Of a DNA stretch of 37,343 bases, positions 36,640-37,343 are shown in pieces. The notes under the pieces were generated by a model that was not told the DNA's origin, did not search any database, and was given only the letters and a program-made list of their open reading frames with translations. How positions within the stretch are numbered: the first letter of the stretch is position 1; the number at the start of each line of letters is the position of its first letter. Location: positions 1-37,343 of the forward strand of contig JAAOXZ010000079.1 of the NCBI GenBank assembly GCA_018221085.1, given 5' to 3'. The stretch is from Candidatus Woesearchaeota archaeon. GTDB lineage: Archaea; Nanobdellota; Nanobdellia; Woesearchaeales; GW2011-AR9. The position numbers were made by a program, and so were the translations under genes.

Positions 36640-36942
36640 CTATGTTTTGTTTATCTTTTCTTCTAATTTACCTTCTTTTCTTTTCTGATTAGCATCGGCT
36701 GCACTACCTAAACCCAACATTCCTCCCATGATAAAACACAAATATCCTCCTGCATTATCTTGGTTGGCCTGTCGATTAATACTCTGTACTAAATACGAGT
36801 TAGAATCATTCTTTTGTTCTATCCGTGTAGCTTCTGCCCTATTCTCCCTAGCATGAGCACACTGGTGATAACCCGAATAAAGAAACAATGCACCAACTCC
36901 CATCAGCAAAACATTTGGCATATATTGTAAATATTTATTCAT
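36640..36942 (-). CDS. small 2-TM membrane protein
   Basis: The ATG at 36942 is preceded by an AGGAGG SD and avoids overlap with the upstream gene; the track start at 36981 is less likely. Confidence 0.55.
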   Translation of the reverse strand: MNKYLQYMPNVLLMGVGALFLYSGYHQCAHARENRAEATRIEQKNDSNSYLVQSINRQANQDNAGGYLCFIMGGMLGLGSAADANQKRKEGKLEEKINKT

Positions 36943-36953
36943 TTTAATTCCTC

Positions 36954-37343
36954 CTATTTGCACATTTGTAACATTCCGCACATCTTACACACTTCCCCTC
37001 TGCTAGGTTCCTGACAAACTTGACAATAGTTCACTTTAGTCTTGCCTTTATATTTTTTTCTCAACTGCGGTAGTGTTTTCAAAAAAACTTGGACTATATT
37101 ATCTTTGACTTTGGGTTCTTTCTTTTCCAGTTCATCCAAAGTTTCCCGTACTCTAGCTCTGAAACTAGCTTTTCGGCAAGGACACGGAGCATATAATACT
37201 GGAAAGTTCTTAATTTGAGAATACCTTTTAATTTCAGCATTTAAACAGAAATATAGCGGTTTTATTCTGGGAACAAACTTCTTATCTCTCACCACTCCTG
37301 TTTCTGGACCTCCACCCATACCCAATTCTAAATTCCCTTTCAA
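36954..37343 (-). CDS. PP-loop ATPase of the NcsA/Ctu1/TtuA (TIGR00269) type, C-terminal part; gene runs off the window
   Basis: CPC.KASFRARVRE.L..LE...P and the terminal zinc ribbon CQVCQEPSRGEVCKMCGM are typical of tRNA 2-thiolation PP-loop enzymes. Confidence 0.55.
   Translation of the reverse strand: MKGNLELGMGGGPETGVVRDKKFVPRIKPLYFCLNAEIKRYSQIKNFPVLYAPCPCRKASFRARVRETLDELEKKEPKVKDNIVQVFLKTLPQLRKKYKGKTKVNYCQVCQEPSRGEVCKMCGMLQMCK

Overview
AT-rich, tightly packed archaeal chromosome segment. Archaeal identity rests on: proteasome beta subunit, aCPSF1/FttA, class I CCA-adding enzyme, a class III signal-peptide pilin-like protein, BHB-type tRNA introns, and TTTATAAA TATA boxes about 21-25 nt upstream of many start codons. 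The small genes and many tiny membrane proteins suggest a DPANN-like reduced genome, but that is inference. Recognisable housekeeping genes: DEAD-box helicase, psmB, aCPSF1, cca, NFACT/DUF814, AdoMet decarboxylase, endonuclease V, SMC, gyrB, dCMP deaminase, and a PP-loop thiolase fragment. Between them lie lineage-specific small membrane/secreted proteins. I saw no rRNA, CRISPR array, transposase, integrase or reverse transcriptase. The most unusual signals are non-coding. (1) A complete intron-containing tRNA-Ser(UGA) gene sits inside a second tRNA-Ser-like gene; the outer acceptor halves flank it, and a perfect 13-bp helix plus a three-way junction clamp the inner tRNA (10299..10587). (2) A tRNA-Arg carries two BHB introns, one in the T loop (59/60). 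(3) Two single-gene cassettes (a methyltransferase and a metzincin-like protease) are each bounded by a degenerate copy of the last ~50 nt of a CcdA-like gene, which looks like repeated site-specific insertion at that gene's stop codon (29428..31837). (4) A family of small membrane-protein genes is spread over three loci, with identical translation-initiation leaders and a 44-nt near-identical 5' coding block. Other points of interest are gyrB translationally coupled to a kinase-like protein rather than gyrA, tandem membrane-anchored DUF504 paralogs with a pilin-like gene, and a frameshifted YkgJ-family gene.
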